A stretch of DNA of 64,000 nt from an uncultured Actinomycetota bacterium (GCA_963799945.1 CAWCZG010000007.1:404440-468439), one strand, 5' to 3'. Shown: positions 36,475-47,328, counted from the first letter of the stretch. Notes: generated from the sequence alone by a model not told the origin. Translations and numbers: made by a program.

Positions 36475-37782
36475 ATGGCTACCGTCGCAGGCAACGAGGC
36501 ACGCGTCGGCACCACGCGCTGGTCGCGGCTGATCCCGGTCGCGATCGTCGTCTACATCATCTCGTTCATGGACCGGACGAACATCGGCTTCGCGTTCGCC
36601 GGGATGGGTCACGACCTGGGGATCGACAAGACCCAGCAGGGACTTGCCGGCGGCATCTTCTTCCTCGGTTATCTGTTCCTGCAGATCCCCGGCGGCTACC
36701 TCGCCGAGCGGTGGAGCGCGAAGAAGTTCGTCCTGATCATGATCCTGGTCTGGGGTGTCTTCGCGGTGGCCTCCGGGCTGGTGCAGAACTTCACCCAGCT
36801 CCTCGTGGTTCGGTTCGTTCTCGGGATCGCAGAGGGCGGTATCTGGCCTGCCATTCTGGTGCTGATCAGCCATTGGTTCCCGGCGGGCGAACGGGCGCGC
36901 GCCTACGGCGTCTGGATGATGAACATCGCGATCTCCTCGATCATCACCGCACCGTTGTCGGGGTGGATCCTGTCCTTCTCGGACTGGCGGACGCTCTTCT
37001 TCGTCGAGGGTGCGTTGCCGTTCGTCGTCGCGCCGCTGTGGTGGTGGCTGGTCCAGGACCGGCCAGCGGATGCGAGGTGGGTCTCCACCGCCGAACGCGA
37101 GTACATCGAGACGTCGCTGGCACGGGACGAGCGCGATGCCCCGCAGGCCGCGGGTTGGCGCGACGTGTTCCGCAGCGGTGTGGTCTGGCGCCTCGTCGTC
37201 GTCTACTTCCTGATCCAGATCGGGTTCTACGGGTTGAACCTGTGGCTGCCCCACCTCGTGGCCACGACGACCAAGGGCAGCGATGTCCTCGTCGGATTCG
37301 TGACGGCGATCCCCTACGTCGCGGCGATCGTGGCGCTGTACCTCAACGCGCGCGCCGCCGACCGCAACGGTCGCTACGCCTTCCACGTCATGCTCTCGCT
37401 CACGATCGCCGCGGTCGCGCTCGTCGCCTCGGTGCTGCTGGGGGACATCGCCTGGCTGTCCATCCTGCTGGTGAGCCTCGCCATGGCCGGGGCACTGGCC
37501 TACGACGGACCCTTCTGGGCCAGCGCGTCCCGGGCGATGCCGGTCGCTGTGGCAGGCACCGCCATGGGGCTGATCAACGCTCTGGGCAACCTCGGTGGAT
37601 TCGTCGGCCCCTACCTCGGTGGCTACCTGCAGGACGTCAGCCAGGGCAGCTTCCTGTCGACGTCGATCGTGCTCGCCGTCGCCCTGCTCCTCGGTGGACT
37701 GGTCATGCTGACACTCCGTGGACGCGCAAACCCGGCCCAACGCGTGGAGGCGCCGACACCCGCGAAAGGCAACCAGGGGTGA
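36475..37782 (+). CDS. MFS transporter, anion:cation symporter family
   Basis: SFMDRTNIGFA, GIFFLGY.LQIPGG, WFPAGERARA, WRTLFFVEG, INALGNLGGFVGPYL. Confidence 0.92.
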   Translation: MATVAGNEARVGTTRWSRLIPVAIVVYIISFMDRTNIGFAFAGMGHDLGIDKTQQGLAGGIFFLGYLFLQIPGGYLAERWSAKKFVLIMILVWGVFAVASGLVQNFTQLLVVRFVLGIAEGGIWPAILVLISHWFPAGERARAYGVWMMNIAISSIITAPLSGWILSFSDWRTLFFVEGALPFVVAPLWWWLVQDRPADARWVSTAEREYIETSLARDERDAPQAAGWRDVFRSGVVWRLVVVYFLIQIGFYGLNLWLPHLVATTTKGSDVLVGFVTAIPYVAAIVALYLNARAADRNGRYAFHVMLSLTIAAVALVASVLLGDIAWLSILLVSLAMAGALAYDGPFWASASRAMPVAVAGTAMGLINALGNLGGFVGPYLGGYLQDVSQGSFLSTSIVLAVALLLGGLVMLTLRGRANPAQRVEAPTPAKGNQG

Positions 37783-37917
37783 GCCGAGGTGCCGCCGCCA
37801 TTTCAGCCCTGCGACGCAGCAGGCCACCAGATCACTGGGGAGGTGTCAAGATGACGAGCGATGCCTTCCCGGCCATTCCACTGAACTTATCCTCCGGTGA
37901 TCGGGCGCGCCCGCGAC

Positions 37918-38712
37918 TCAGGCACGGGCCAGGAACAGCAGGGCACCGAGAAGGCCCGTCTTCGTCGCGGCGACGTTGTTGGCGATGCGCTGCGCGAATC
38001 GTGGGCCGAAGACGACCGCGTTGCTGACCGGCCCCTGCGGCGGCGGTCCGAGCGTGGTGGGGGTGCGGTCCTCCTCGTCTTCGACCGCGAACCCCGCCCC
38101 TTCGAGGTGGGTCCGGTAGTCCGCGGCGGTCTCGACGAACGACGACCGCTCGTCCTCGGCCCACGGCAGCGGGTAGGGCAGCGCACCATCGCCCGTGCGC
38201 ACCTGCTCGTACAGCGCGAACACGCCACCCGGCCGGAGCAGGCGGTGCGCCTCGGTGAACACCGCTTGCTTGTCCGGAAGGTTCATGCCGACATGGACCA
38301 TGACGGCTGCGTCGAACGATCCCTCGTCAAGGGGCGTGGACTCACCTGCCGTAGCCAGGAACGCGGTCCGCTCCCCCAAGCCGACCTCGGCACTGAGCAC
38401 CCGGGCGGTCTCGACGAACTCCGGGGTGAGGTCGATCCCGGTCACCGTGGCACCCGCCATCGCCGCCATCCGTGAGACCCCGCCGATCCCGCAGCCGATG
38501 TCGAGCAGTCGTACCCCGGGCACAACGCCGAGGCGGTCGAGTACGTGTTTGCTCGCCTGCGCGCCTCCCGCGTGCAGCTGGTCGACGGGAAACAGGTCCG
38601 CGACCCCGAGGTGGCCGGTGTCGACCCCGGCACCGGCCAGCGCGCGAAAGATCGTGGCGGCCAGGTCCTCATCGGCTCCGTAGTGGTCAGTGACGAGATC
38701 GCGGATGTCCAC
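37918..38712 (-). CDS. Class I SAM-dependent methyltransferase
   Basis: DQLHAGG, LLDIGCGIGG, GIDLTPEF, HVGMNLPDK, LRPGG. Confidence 0.9.
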   Translation of the reverse strand: MDIRDLVTDHYGADEDLAATIFRALAGAGVDTGHLGVADLFPVDQLHAGGAQASKHVLDRLGVVPGVRLLDIGCGIGGVSRMAAMAGATVTGIDLTPEFVETARVLSAEVGLGERTAFLATAGESTPLDEGSFDAAVMVHVGMNLPDKQAVFTEAHRLLRPGGVFALYEQVRTGDGALPYPLPWAEDERSSFVETAADYRTHLEGAGFAVEDEEDRTPTTLGPPPQGPVSNAVVFGPRFAQRIANNVAATKTGLLGALLFLARA

Positions 38713-38990
38713 ATCGCCCAAAATATGGCCTGCCCCGTCTGACGTCGACGGGCCTGAGCCGGGCGCGCCGTTCACGTCGTCGAGAACGCGCGGACGAATG
38801 CAGAGCCATTCTTGCGTCGCAAGCTGCTGTAGCGTCGCAGTTGTCGCTCCGGACTCTGGCGGCTCCACCTGGCAATGCCGCCATGTGGCCTACCGCCTCA
38901 GGGGCCGATCATGGCAGCGTCGCCGCATTCCGGTCACAGCCCACAACACGGCGGCCCGTCGCGTACGCGGAGCAGGCAGGCGTCGGACCG

Positions 38991-39641
38991 ATGAAGGTCC
39001 TGAAGCGCGCGGTGGTTTGGGTCCTCCGCGCGACAGGCATCGGCACAGCTGCGGTCCTCGCCGCGTTCGGGCTGCTGGCGCAGCCGTTGGCTCTCCCGGT
39101 TTGGATCATGCTCGGAGCGATGGTCGGCGCGGGCATCGCGCTGCACCAGAACCACCGAGGCGGTGACGCGTCCGACAGACGCGGGAGCCTCGCCGTCGCC
39201 GCCGAGACCGCAGGAGTGCTGGTCATCGCGTGCCTCTCCCTGAACGGGCTGGCCGTCCTGATGGGGACGGGGAGTTGGCCGGTCCTGCTGGCCCTCCTGC
39301 TGTCCACCGCGGCGGTGTGGGGCTGGCGCCGGGTGCACCGCCGCGCGGAGCAAGAGCCGCCCGTCACCCGTGAAGCGCCGCCTGTCGAGGACGGTGTCGC
39401 CGCCGCGAGCCTCGAGGCGATGTCCACGTCCGAGCTGTGCCTGGCGTGGCGGCGCAGCTACCGCGCCTTGATGGACGCGCCCTGCGGAAAGGTCCACGAC
39501 GACATGGTGATCATGCGTCGGACGATGCTCGACGAGTTCGAGCGCCGGGACCCCCAGGGCCTCCGCCGCTGGCTGGACGACGACGCGCGGGCCAGCAGCG
39601 ATCCGGGTCGCTACCTGTCACCCCCCGCAGGCGACATCTGA
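38991..39641 (+). CDS. Hypothetical membrane protein
   Basis: 4 TM segments, then STSELCLAWRRSY...LDEFERRDPQGLRRWL. Confidence 0.7.
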   Translation: MKVLKRAVVWVLRATGIGTAAVLAAFGLLAQPLALPVWIMLGAMVGAGIALHQNHRGGDASDRRGSLAVAAETAGVLVIACLSLNGLAVLMGTGSWPVLLALLLSTAAVWGWRRVHRRAEQEPPVTREAPPVEDGVAAASLEAMSTSELCLAWRRSYRALMDAPCGKVHDDMVIMRRTMLDEFERRDPQGLRRWLDDDARASSDPGRYLSPPAGDI

Positions 39642-39688
39642 CGTCGACACAGCAGCGCACCGGCCGATACCTGACGAGTCCGCCGTGG

Positions 39689-40267
39689 TCAGCCCAGCGA
39701 CGCGGACGCCGTGCGCAGCTCCTCCAACGCGGCCAGTGCGTGGTCCGCGAGCCCGGTGGCATCATCGTGGTCACCCTCGGACCACCGGGCATAGCCCCGC
39801 TTGAACGCGAGAACGCCCAACTCCCCCGCGAGCTGCGCGGTCGGGTCGGGCACGCCACGGGCGACGAGCGCAGCGGTCATGGCCGCCGCGAGACCGACGC
39901 TCTTGAGCGCATCACGCTCCTGGAGTTCGGTGCTGGCCGCCACGGCCGCTTTGAGACGGGGGCCGAGCTCGCGGTTTACCGGCCCCATCGCGGCGGATGC
40001 GCGCTCGAGACCGGCGGCGACAGCCTCCAGCGGACTGGCGCTTGCCTGCGCCTCGGTGATCCCGTCGGCGAGCAGCCTGCTCAGCGTCTCCTGGCCTGCG
40101 ACCAGGAGCTCGCGCTTGTCGGGGAAGTGCCGGAAGAACGTGCTCCGGGTGACCCCGGCGCGCTCGGCGATCTGCGCAACCGTGGTGGCGTCGTACCCCT
40201 GCTCGGTGAACAGGTCGACGGCCGCGACCACGAGTCGCTCACGCGCCCCCGGTTGCCATCGCGCCAT
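39689..40267 (-). CDS. TetR-family regulator
   Basis: MARWQPGARERL...GYDATTVAQIAERAGVTRSTFFRHFPDKRE. Confidence 0.95.
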   Translation of the reverse strand: MARWQPGARERLVVAAVDLFTEQGYDATTVAQIAERAGVTRSTFFRHFPDKRELLVAGQETLSRLLADGITEAQASASPLEAVAAGLERASAAMGPVNRELGPRLKAAVAASTELQERDALKSVGLAAAMTAALVARGVPDPTAQLAGELGVLAFKRGYARWSEGDHDDATGLADHALAALEELRTASASLG

Positions 40268-40279
40268 GCGGCCATCATA

Positions 40280-40337
40280 GGTGACGGGACAGGTGTCGCG
40301 TCACCCTGTACGGTGATGGGACATCAGTCCCATCACC
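40280..40337. promoter_or_regulatory. Two TetR operators in the divergent promoter
   Basis: GGTGACGGGAC-AGGT-GTCGCGTCACC (40280-40305) and GGTGATGGGAC-ATCA-GTCCCATCACC (40312-40337). Confidence 0.8.
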
Positions 40338-40350
40338 CTCAGGAGAACCC

Positions 40351-41232
40351 GTGCACGTCTTCGTCACCGGCGGTACCGGCACCATCGGCTCCCCCGTCGT
40401 CGCCGAATTGCTCGGCAACGGCCATACCGTTCTCGCGTTGGCGCGCTCGGACGACTCCGGGCAGGCCGTGAAGGCCTTGGGTGCCGAGGTGCTGCGCGGT
40501 GGGCTGGCAGACCTCGAGGTCCTGCGAGCCGGGGCCGCGCAGTCCGACGGCGTGATCAGTCTGGCGTTCGGACGCGACTACAGCAGTCCGGAAACGCTCG
40601 CGCAGTCCATCGCCGAGGAGAGCGCCGCTCTCGCCACGCTCGGGCAGGAACTCCTCGGCAGCGACCGCCCGATCGTTGCGGTCTCGGGTACACCCTGGGT
40701 GCCGGGGCGCGCCTCCACCGAGGCTGACCCGTTGCCGACCGACGGACCGGTGGGCGGTCGAGGCCGTTCGGTGATGGCGTTGTTGGACCTGGCTTCACGC
40801 GGGGTGCGCGCTACGGCTGTCCGGATGCCGCGCACCGTCCACAACAACGGAAAGGGCGGGTTCGCGGGCCTGCTGACCGATGTAGCCCGCCGCACCGGGG
40901 TGTCGGGCTACCCGGGCGACGGCACGCAGCGTTGGCCTGCCGTGCACGCGCTCGACGCGGCAGTCCTATTCCGGCTGGCTCTCGAAACAGCACCCGCCGG
41001 GACGTCCTGGCACGCGGTCAGCGACGAGGGCGACGCGGTGCGGGACATCGCGACGGTCATCGGCCGACGGCTGGGCCTGCCGGTCACGACGGTGCCGCCG
41101 GACGAGTTCGGCCCGTTCGGCCCGATCTTCGCGATGGACCAGCCCTCGTCCAGTGCCCACACCCGTGAGGACCTCGGGTGGCTGCCGACACACCCGAGCC
41201 TCCTCGAGGACCTGGAGAACATCCAGCCCTGA
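40351..41232 (+). CDS. NAD-dependent epimerase/dehydratase (atypical SDR)
   Basis: VFVTGGTGTIG, GYPGDGTQRWPAVHALDAA, LGWLPTHPSLLEDL. Confidence 0.9.
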   Translation: MHVFVTGGTGTIGSPVVAELLGNGHTVLALARSDDSGQAVKALGAEVLRGGLADLEVLRAGAAQSDGVISLAFGRDYSSPETLAQSIAEESAALATLGQELLGSDRPIVAVSGTPWVPGRASTEADPLPTDGPVGGRGRSVMALLDLASRGVRATAVRMPRTVHNNGKGGFAGLLTDVARRTGVSGYPGDGTQRWPAVHALDAAVLFRLALETAPAGTSWHAVSDEGDAVRDIATVIGRRLGLPVTTVPPDEFGPFGPIFAMDQPSSSAHTREDLGWLPTHPSLLEDLENIQP

Positions 41233-41308
41233 CACTCCTCCGCACCCGAGGTGGCCCAGGAGGTGACTATGCCCAGCAGGTGTTGCCCAGCAGGTGTTGC
41301 CTCGTCGT

Positions 41309-41755
41309 TCACCAGTGCCACGCGTCGCCGCCCACGTTGGTGATTGTCTTTTGGAGCACGGTGATGGTGGTGGCGAAGTCCTCCGCGCTGATGCCGCGCA
41401 TCCGTTCGTCCTGCAGCGATTGCTGGATCGCCGCAGCCCGTTCGAACACCTCGACGCCTGCTTCCGACGCCCGTAGGAGCGTGCCTTCGGCCCGGATCCA
41501 CCCCTTCTCGATCCCCGAGTCGACCGCGGACTCGATGGTGGTCGGGGTGTCGTTCGGGCCGATCGTCTCGACCACCTCGGCGCGACCAACCCCGTCCGGG
41601 TGCAGGGACAGCTGGTGCAGGACCCACCACTCCGGCTGTGTCACCCCGATCTCCCCCAGGGCACCGCGGGTACGGGCGCGAACTGCTTCGCCCGCGCGGA
41701 TGGTCCAGAACCCGATCGGCTGACGGGACGGCGGCTGCATCGGTGCACGTCTCAT
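41309..41755 (-). CDS. MarR-like winged-helix regulator
   Basis: QPIGFW...GVTQPEWWVL...GISAEDFATTITVLQ. Confidence 0.8.
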   Translation of the reverse strand: MRRAPMQPPSRQPIGFWTIRAGEAVRARTRGALGEIGVTQPEWWVLHQLSLHPDGVGRAEVVETIGPNDTPTTIESAVDSGIEKGWIRAEGTLLRASEAGVEVFERAAAIQQSLQDERMRGISAEDFATTITVLQKTITNVGGDAWHW

Positions 41756-41789
41756 GCCCCGCACGCTAAGAGCTCAACCAAGGATGAAG

Positions 41790-42210
41790 TCAAGCGCGGT
41801 GGCGGAGCGGGCGGCCGAGGCGCACCGCCGAGACGAGGTGCAAGCGACCATCGAGACCGAGCCGTCACCCGCCGACGCGCTGCGCGCGATCGGCGCCGCG
41901 ATCGTCGACAGTCTGTCGGCACCCGAGTTCGGCGGGTGCGCATTCCTCAACGCCGCCGCCGAGTTCCGAACCCGGCAATCCGGTACGCGAGGTGATCCTC
42001 GATCATCGAGCCTGGTATATCGCCACGCTCACCAATCTGTTCGCGGACGTCTTCGGAACCTCACCGCGGCGTGGCAAGCCAGAGCACGCTGCGCAGCACT
42101 TCGTCATGATGCGCGACGGCGCCATGACCGGTGCCCACCTCGACGGCGTCCACAGCGTCGGAGACGCGTTCCCGCGCGGCGTCGAGGGCCTGCTCACCCT
42201 CCTCCACTGA
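41790..42210 (+). pseudogene. TetR C-terminal remnant (no HTH, frameshifted)
   Basis: FGGCAFLNAAAEF, then a frame change to ILDHRAWY...HFVMMRDGAM...GVEGLL*. Confidence 0.7.
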
Positions 42211-42326
42211 GCACCCACTCAGTCCCCGCTCCTCGGACATCGACACCGCTGCAGCAGCAGACCCATCCTGCGGCCCTGACCGCCGACTGATGCGGGCGTT
42301 GACCGACTCGCGCACAACCTTGCGGA

Positions 42327-43394
42327 TCAACTGATCGTGACGAGCACCTTGATGTGGTTCCCGGATGCGGAGAGGTCGAAGGCTTCGGCGACCTTCTCCA
42401 TCGGCAGGGTGGCGGTGACGACGTCGGCGGAGCGGACGGCACCGGTCTGCAGCAGGCGGATGCTCTCGGCGTAGTCCTCGGGGAGGTAGGTCGCGCTGCC
42501 CTGGATGCGGATCTGCTGGTCCTGCACGAGGGCGAGCGGGATGGTGACGTCGGCGGCGGGCACTCCGACGATCACGACCGTTCCGCCTTTGCCGGCGAGG
42601 GCGATGGCTTGGCGCACGGTGGGTTGGATGGCGACGCAGTCCACGACGACGTCGGCGCTCTCGCCGAGCGCCGCGCGGACCTGCTCCGCGGCGTCGGAGG
42701 CGGCGGCGTCGACGGCGGCGTCCGCGCCGAGCTCCCGGGCTTTGTCCCGCTTGGCGGCCATGACGTCGGTGACGACGACCCGGCCGACCCCGTGGGCCTT
42801 GAGCACCGCCAACACCAGGAGTCCGATGGTGCCCGCGCCCAACACCGCGACGGCCTTGCCTTGCACGCCCGCCAGTCCGGCACCGAAGGCGTCGCCTGCC
42901 AGCCGGACGGCGTGCACGGGGGTGGACAGCGGCTCGATGAGCGCCGCGGTCTGGTCGTCGAGGTCATCGGGAACGACGTGCAAGCGGTCGGCGGCGACGG
43001 TGAACCAGTCGGCCATCCCGCCCTGAGCCCAGCCGCACCCGAAGAATTGCAGGTTCTCGCACAGGTTCTGCCTGCCCGTCCGGCACATCTTGCAGTTCCA
43101 GCACGGCAGGTCCGGCTCGACGGTCACGCGCTGCCCGACGGCGAGTCCCTCGACAGCGGAACCGACGCCTGCGATCACCCCCACCACCTCGTGGCCGGGG
43201 TGGTACGGGATGGGGATGAAGGGGTGCCTGCCGTGGGCGGCGTGGGTGTCGGAGCCGCAGACACCCGTCACGACGCTGCGCACCAACACCTCGTGAGGTT
43301 GGGGCCGAGGCACGGCGGCATCGGTGTCGACCGCGATGTGGTCGGCGTGCACGACCACCTGCCGCATCCGTCGAGGCGCCTCGGTGTCGGCCAT
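42327..43394 (-). CDS. Zn-dependent polyol/alcohol dehydrogenase
   Basis: GVCGSD, GHEVVG, CWNCKMC...C, IEPL, GAGTIG. Confidence 0.92.
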   Translation of the reverse strand: MADTEAPRRMRQVVVHADHIAVDTDAAVPRPQPHEVLVRSVVTGVCGSDTHAAHGRHPFIPIPYHPGHEVVGVIAGVGSAVEGLAVGQRVTVEPDLPCWNCKMCRTGRQNLCENLQFFGCGWAQGGMADWFTVAADRLHVVPDDLDDQTAALIEPLSTPVHAVRLAGDAFGAGLAGVQGKAVAVLGAGTIGLLVLAVLKAHGVGRVVVTDVMAAKRDKARELGADAAVDAAASDAAEQVRAALGESADVVVDCVAIQPTVRQAIALAGKGGTVVIVGVPAADVTIPLALVQDQQIRIQGSATYLPEDYAESIRLLQTGAVRSADVVTATLPMEKVAEAFDLSASGNHIKVLVTIS

Positions 43395-43411
43395 GACACT
43401 TCCTTCCAGTC

Positions 43412-43503
43412 GCTCAAATGAGCAGTGAAGCGGAAAAGACTCAGCTGTTACCTTGGATGCTCAGCACGATTCCGGCAAGACGCGTGGAGGTGCTCAATTG
43501 AGC
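43412..43503. promoter_or_regulatory. Paired SorC-type operators
   Basis: GCTCAAATGAGC (43412-43423) and GCTCAATTGAGC (43492-43503). Confidence 0.7.
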
Positions 43504-44457
43504 GGCAATCGAGCTCTCGTCACATCGCCGGCCGAGGACGTGCTGGCCACCCGCGTCGCCCGCCGCTACTACGTCGACGAGCACTCCAAGCTGCAGATCG
43601 CCGCGGAGCTGGGCATCAGCCGGTTCAAGGTCGCGCGCTTGCTGGAGCTGGCCCGCGACCGCGGCATCGTGTCGATCAGCATCACCGGCCCCGGCGCACG
43701 CGACCTCGAACTGGCCGATCGCCTCCGCGAGCGCTACGGCCTCAACCACGTCCTCGTCGCCACCACAACCGAAGACGACGACGCCGCGATGCGCCGCGAC
43801 CTCGGCGCGGTCGCCGCCGATCTCCTCGCCGAGATCACCCACCCGCACGACGTCCTGGGCCTGGGCTGGGCCAGGACCGTCCTGCAGATGGCAGCACACC
43901 TGCGCAAAGTCAAAGTCGCCGAAGTCGTGCAGCTCACCGGCGCCCTGACTCGCCCGGACGTGGAATCCAGCGCGACCGAGCTCGTCCGCGACGTCGCCCG
44001 GCGCGTCGGCGCCCGCTCCTCGGTCTTCTACGCTCCCATGATCGTCAGCGACCCCGAAACGGCACGCGCCCTGATCCGCCAACCCCAAGTCGCCGACGCC
44101 TTCTCCCGCTTCCAGGCCGTCACCAAAGCCGTCATCGGCGTCGGCGGATGGAACCCGGGCACATCAACTCTCTCCGACGCCCTCACCCCCGCCGAGCGGG
44201 AACAGATGGCCCGCAGCGGCGTGCGCGCCGACCTCTCCGGAGTCCTGCTCGACGCAGGCGGCCACGCCACCGGCTCCCCACTGCACGACCGCATCATCGC
44301 CATCAGCGCCCCCGAACTACGCCGCATCCCCGAAGTCATCGGCATCGCCTACGGACTCGACAAAGTCCCCGCCGCGTTCGCCGCCATCCGCGGGCGCTAC
44401 CTCGACTCCCTCGTCACCCACACCACCTTCGCCGAAGCACTCCTCAGCCTCGGATGA
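43453..44457 (+). CDS. SorC/DeoR-type sugar-binding transcriptional regulator
   Basis: ARRYYVDEHSKLQIAAELGISRFKVARLL, LGLGWART, APMIV, LVTH; true start may be about 45 nt downstream. Confidence 0.92.
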   Translation: MDAQHDSGKTRGGAQLSGNRALVTSPAEDVLATRVARRYYVDEHSKLQIAAELGISRFKVARLLELARDRGIVSISITGPGARDLELADRLRERYGLNHVLVATTTEDDDAAMRRDLGAVAADLLAEITHPHDVLGLGWARTVLQMAAHLRKVKVAEVVQLTGALTRPDVESSATELVRDVARRVGARSSVFYAPMIVSDPETARALIRQPQVADAFSRFQAVTKAVIGVGGWNPGTSTLSDALTPAEREQMARSGVRADLSGVLLDAGGHATGSPLHDRIIAISAPELRRIPEVIGIAYGLDKVPAAFAAIRGRYLDSLVTHTTFAEALLSLG

Positions 44458-44793
44458 CCGCCGACGTGGAGGTTGGTCGGCGAACGGCCGTGCATGATGC
44501 CGTCGGCCTTTACTGCGGTCAGCAGAGCACGCGACCCGCTCGCCGACGGTCGGCCCGCACGGCTTTCGCGGACACGGCTCCGCCGTCACGGCTCTCCTGC
44601 GATCTGTGACGGATCCCCCGCCGATCGCCCAGTGGACGTGATCACTCTCTCGCTCAGGTCGCGCACACAGCGTGATCGCGACTAGCATTCTGTTCCTGCC
44701 CTGGACCCCGGCGGCCCCTCTCGTGCAACGACAAGTGACAACAACGCCCGGTGCAGCACGGCATCCGGGTGATGAAGAGTCCTGGGAGCGGTG

Positions 44794-45798
44794 ATGTCCG
44801 CAGGCGCAGGTCTAGGGGACGGTGCGGCGTGGGTGGCCCCTGACCGGATGGCGACGCCCCGGTTCGACGCCGCCTGTGCCTTGGCCATCGAGCACCTGAC
44901 CCGAGTGGCGCCATTGGGGATGTGGGCGATCACCCGGGTGGTGAACGGGCGACAGTTGATGTTGACCCTGGACGCACCGGCCTACGACATCGTCGCAGGC
45001 ACCCACTTCCCGTACGCCGACTCGTTGTGTCGGTTCATGGTGTCCGGCTCGGCGCCGCAGATCGCTCCACGGGTCGAAGAAATCGAGGAGTACGCGGCCG
45101 CCGCTGCCATCGCTCCCATCACCGTGCGCGCCTATCTCGGCGCGCCCATCGTCTGGGCTGCGGGCGAGTTGTTCGGCACCGTCTGCGGGTACGACCCGCA
45201 TCCCCAGCCCGATTCCTTCCGTGAACACCAACAGGTTCTGGAGCTGGTATCAGGGCTGCTGTCGGCGGTGTTGGATGCCGACACCGCCGCCACCGCCGGC
45301 ATTCAGGAGCTCGAGCTCGCCCGCCGGGCCTGCGAGACCGACCCGCTGACCGCACTCCTGAACCGCCGTGGCTGGGACGAGTACCTGCTCGCGGAGGAAC
45401 GACGCTACGGCCGGTTCGGCGACCAGGCGTGCGTCATCGTCGTCGACCTCGATCACCTCAAGACCGTCAACGACACCCACGGCCACGCAGCGGGTGACCG
45501 CTACATCCATCGCGCCGCCCGCGTCCTGGCGGCCACTGTGCGGAGCGGGGATGTGGTGGCCCGCCTCGGCGGGGACGAGTTCGGGATCGTCGCCGTCGGC
45601 GCCTCCCCCACCCAGACCGGCGAGCTGGTCGATCGCCTCGAGACCGCCCTGCAGGACGCCGGGATCGAAGCCTGCGCAGGCTACGCCCCATACCAGCCTG
45701 CACAAGGCTTCTCCGCCGCGTGGGACGCGGCCGATCAGGCCATGTACGAGCGGAAACGACACAGACCCGCCATGTCCATTTCGACATCGAGGCGGTAG
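44794..45798 (+). CDS. GAF-GGDEF diguanylate cyclase
   Basis: DPLTALLNRR, DLDHLKTVNDTHGHAAGD, RSGD (I-site) VVARL GGDEF. Confidence 0.92.
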   Translation: MSAGAGLGDGAAWVAPDRMATPRFDAACALAIEHLTRVAPLGMWAITRVVNGRQLMLTLDAPAYDIVAGTHFPYADSLCRFMVSGSAPQIAPRVEEIEEYAAAAAIAPITVRAYLGAPIVWAAGELFGTVCGYDPHPQPDSFREHQQVLELVSGLLSAVLDADTAATAGIQELELARRACETDPLTALLNRRGWDEYLLAEERRYGRFGDQACVIVVDLDHLKTVNDTHGHAAGDRYIHRAARVLAATVRSGDVVARLGGDEFGIVAVGASPTQTGELVDRLETALQDAGIEACAGYAPYQPAQGFSAAWDAADQAMYERKRHRPAMSISTSRR

Positions 45799-45892
45799 TC
45801 GGGTACGCCCGCAGACTTGGCGGCCACGCCGACCTGCGGCGCTCCATCGAGCTGCTCGACACCGGGGCCATCCCCCGTCTCGATGCAGCCCC

Positions 45893-46666
45893 TCAGCTCC
45901 CGAGCGCGTCGATCGCGGCCATCTCGTCCGCGGTGAGCGCGAAACCGTCGACGTCGATGTTGGCCGCGATCCGGTCCGGCGTCTTCGACTTCGGAATGAC
46001 CACGACGTCGTGCTGCACGTGCCAGCGCACGACGACCCGCGGGACGGTCACGCCGTGCGCCTGCGCCGCGGCCACAAGGGCAGGAGCGCGCAGGTCGGTG
46101 CGCTTGAAACCGCTGTACCCCTCGACGACGACGCCGCGTTCGACGTGCGCGGCCACCAGGTCGGCGTCCCAGTCGTTCGGGCCGAACGGGATCTGGTTCA
46201 GCACGGGCGCCTCGCCGCCGGTCCGCACGAGCAGGTCGATCTGCGCCGGGGAGTAGTTGCTGACGCCGATGTAGCGGGTCAGCCCTGCGTCGCGGGCCTT
46301 GATGAACTCCGCCCACAGCGCGGCGCTCGCGTCGGCGCCGCTCGGTGGCCAGTGGATGAGCCACAGGTCGACGTGGTCGGTGCCGAGGCTGCGCAGGCTC
46401 TGCTCCAGCGTGCGGTGCGCCTTGCCTGCCAGCCGGGGCGGCAACTTGGTCGTGAGGAAGACGTCGTCGCGGGGCAGGCCGCTGTCCTGCCACGCGGCGC
46501 CGACCTCGGCCTCGTTGCCGTACATCGTGGCCGTGTCGACGTGCCGGTAGTCCGACCGCAGCGCGGTGCGCACGGCGTCCACGCAGGTCTGACCCTTGAT
46601 CTGCCAGGTCCCGAAACCGATGACCGGGATCTCGCCGCCGTTCGCGAAGTTCACTGTCTTGGTCAC
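45893..46666 (-). CDS. Aldo/keto reductase
   Basis: GFGTWQ, YRHVDTATMYGNE, TTKL, DLWLIHWP, IGVSNY, IPKS. Confidence 0.94.
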   Translation of the reverse strand: MTKTVNFANGGEIPVIGFGTWQIKGQTCVDAVRTALRSDYRHVDTATMYGNEAEVGAAWQDSGLPRDDVFLTTKLPPRLAGKAHRTLEQSLRSLGTDHVDLWLIHWPPSGADASAALWAEFIKARDAGLTRYIGVSNYSPAQIDLLVRTGGEAPVLNQIPFGPNDWDADLVAAHVERGVVVEGYSGFKRTDLRAPALVAAAQAHGVTVPRVVVRWHVQHDVVVIPKSKTPDRIAANIDVDGFALTADEMAAIDALGS

Positions 46667-46854
46667 CCGCCGAGTCCTACCATGTCGTGCGACGCCGCAC
46701 GCGTTCGTCGCGAAGGTGGCAGGAACCTCGGGATCACCAGCCAACGTGGGGACGACCGTTGTTCACCACGCAGCCGCACGGCGCCCGCGCGCCAGAGCCG
46801 CTTGGCTGCCCGGCGTTGTCACAGCCGGGCCCGGGTCACGACGATGATGAGCGG

Positions 46855-47328
46855 GTGACCCTCGACGACCACGACATCCGGCTGCTGCGCCAGGCGATCG
46901 ACCTTTCCCGCAGCGCCGTAGCACACGGAAACCACCCCTTCGGCGCCTTGCTCGCCGACCCGGACCGGCACGTCGTGCTCACCGCGGAGAACACCGTCAA
47001 CACAGAACGGGACGTCACGGGCCACGCCGAGATCAACCTGGCCCGCCTCGCCGCCCGCACATACCCGGACCGGCGCACGTACAGCCTCTACACCAGCTGC
47101 GAACCGTGCGCGATGTGCGCAGGCGCCATCTACTGGGCGGGCGTCGGGCGCGTGGTCTTCGCGATGTCGGAGGCCGACCTCCGTGGGATCACCGGCGCCC
47201 ACCCCGACAACCCGACGCTCGCCCACCCCTGCCGCCTGGTCTTCGCCGACGGCGCACGGCAAACCGTCGTCGAGGGGCCAGCGCTAGCGGAGGAGGCAGC
47301 CGAACCGCACCACGGCTTCTGGGGGTAG
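46855..47328 (+). CDS. Nucleoside/nucleobase deaminase (cytidine deaminase fold)
   Basis: PFGALL, TGHAE, LYTSCEPCAMCAGAIYW. Confidence 0.92.
   Translation: MTLDDHDIRLLRQAIDLSRSAVAHGNHPFGALLADPDRHVVLTAENTVNTERDVTGHAEINLARLAARTYPDRRTYSLYTSCEPCAMCAGAIYWAGVGRVVFAMSEADLRGITGAHPDNPTLAHPCRLVFADGARQTVVEGPALAEEAAEPHHGFWG

Noticed and set aside
44700-44770. Possible ANTAR or riboswitch hairpins upstream of the diguanylate cyclase
   Set aside because: Loops do not fit the A1/G4 hexaloop and no known aptamer core was recognised
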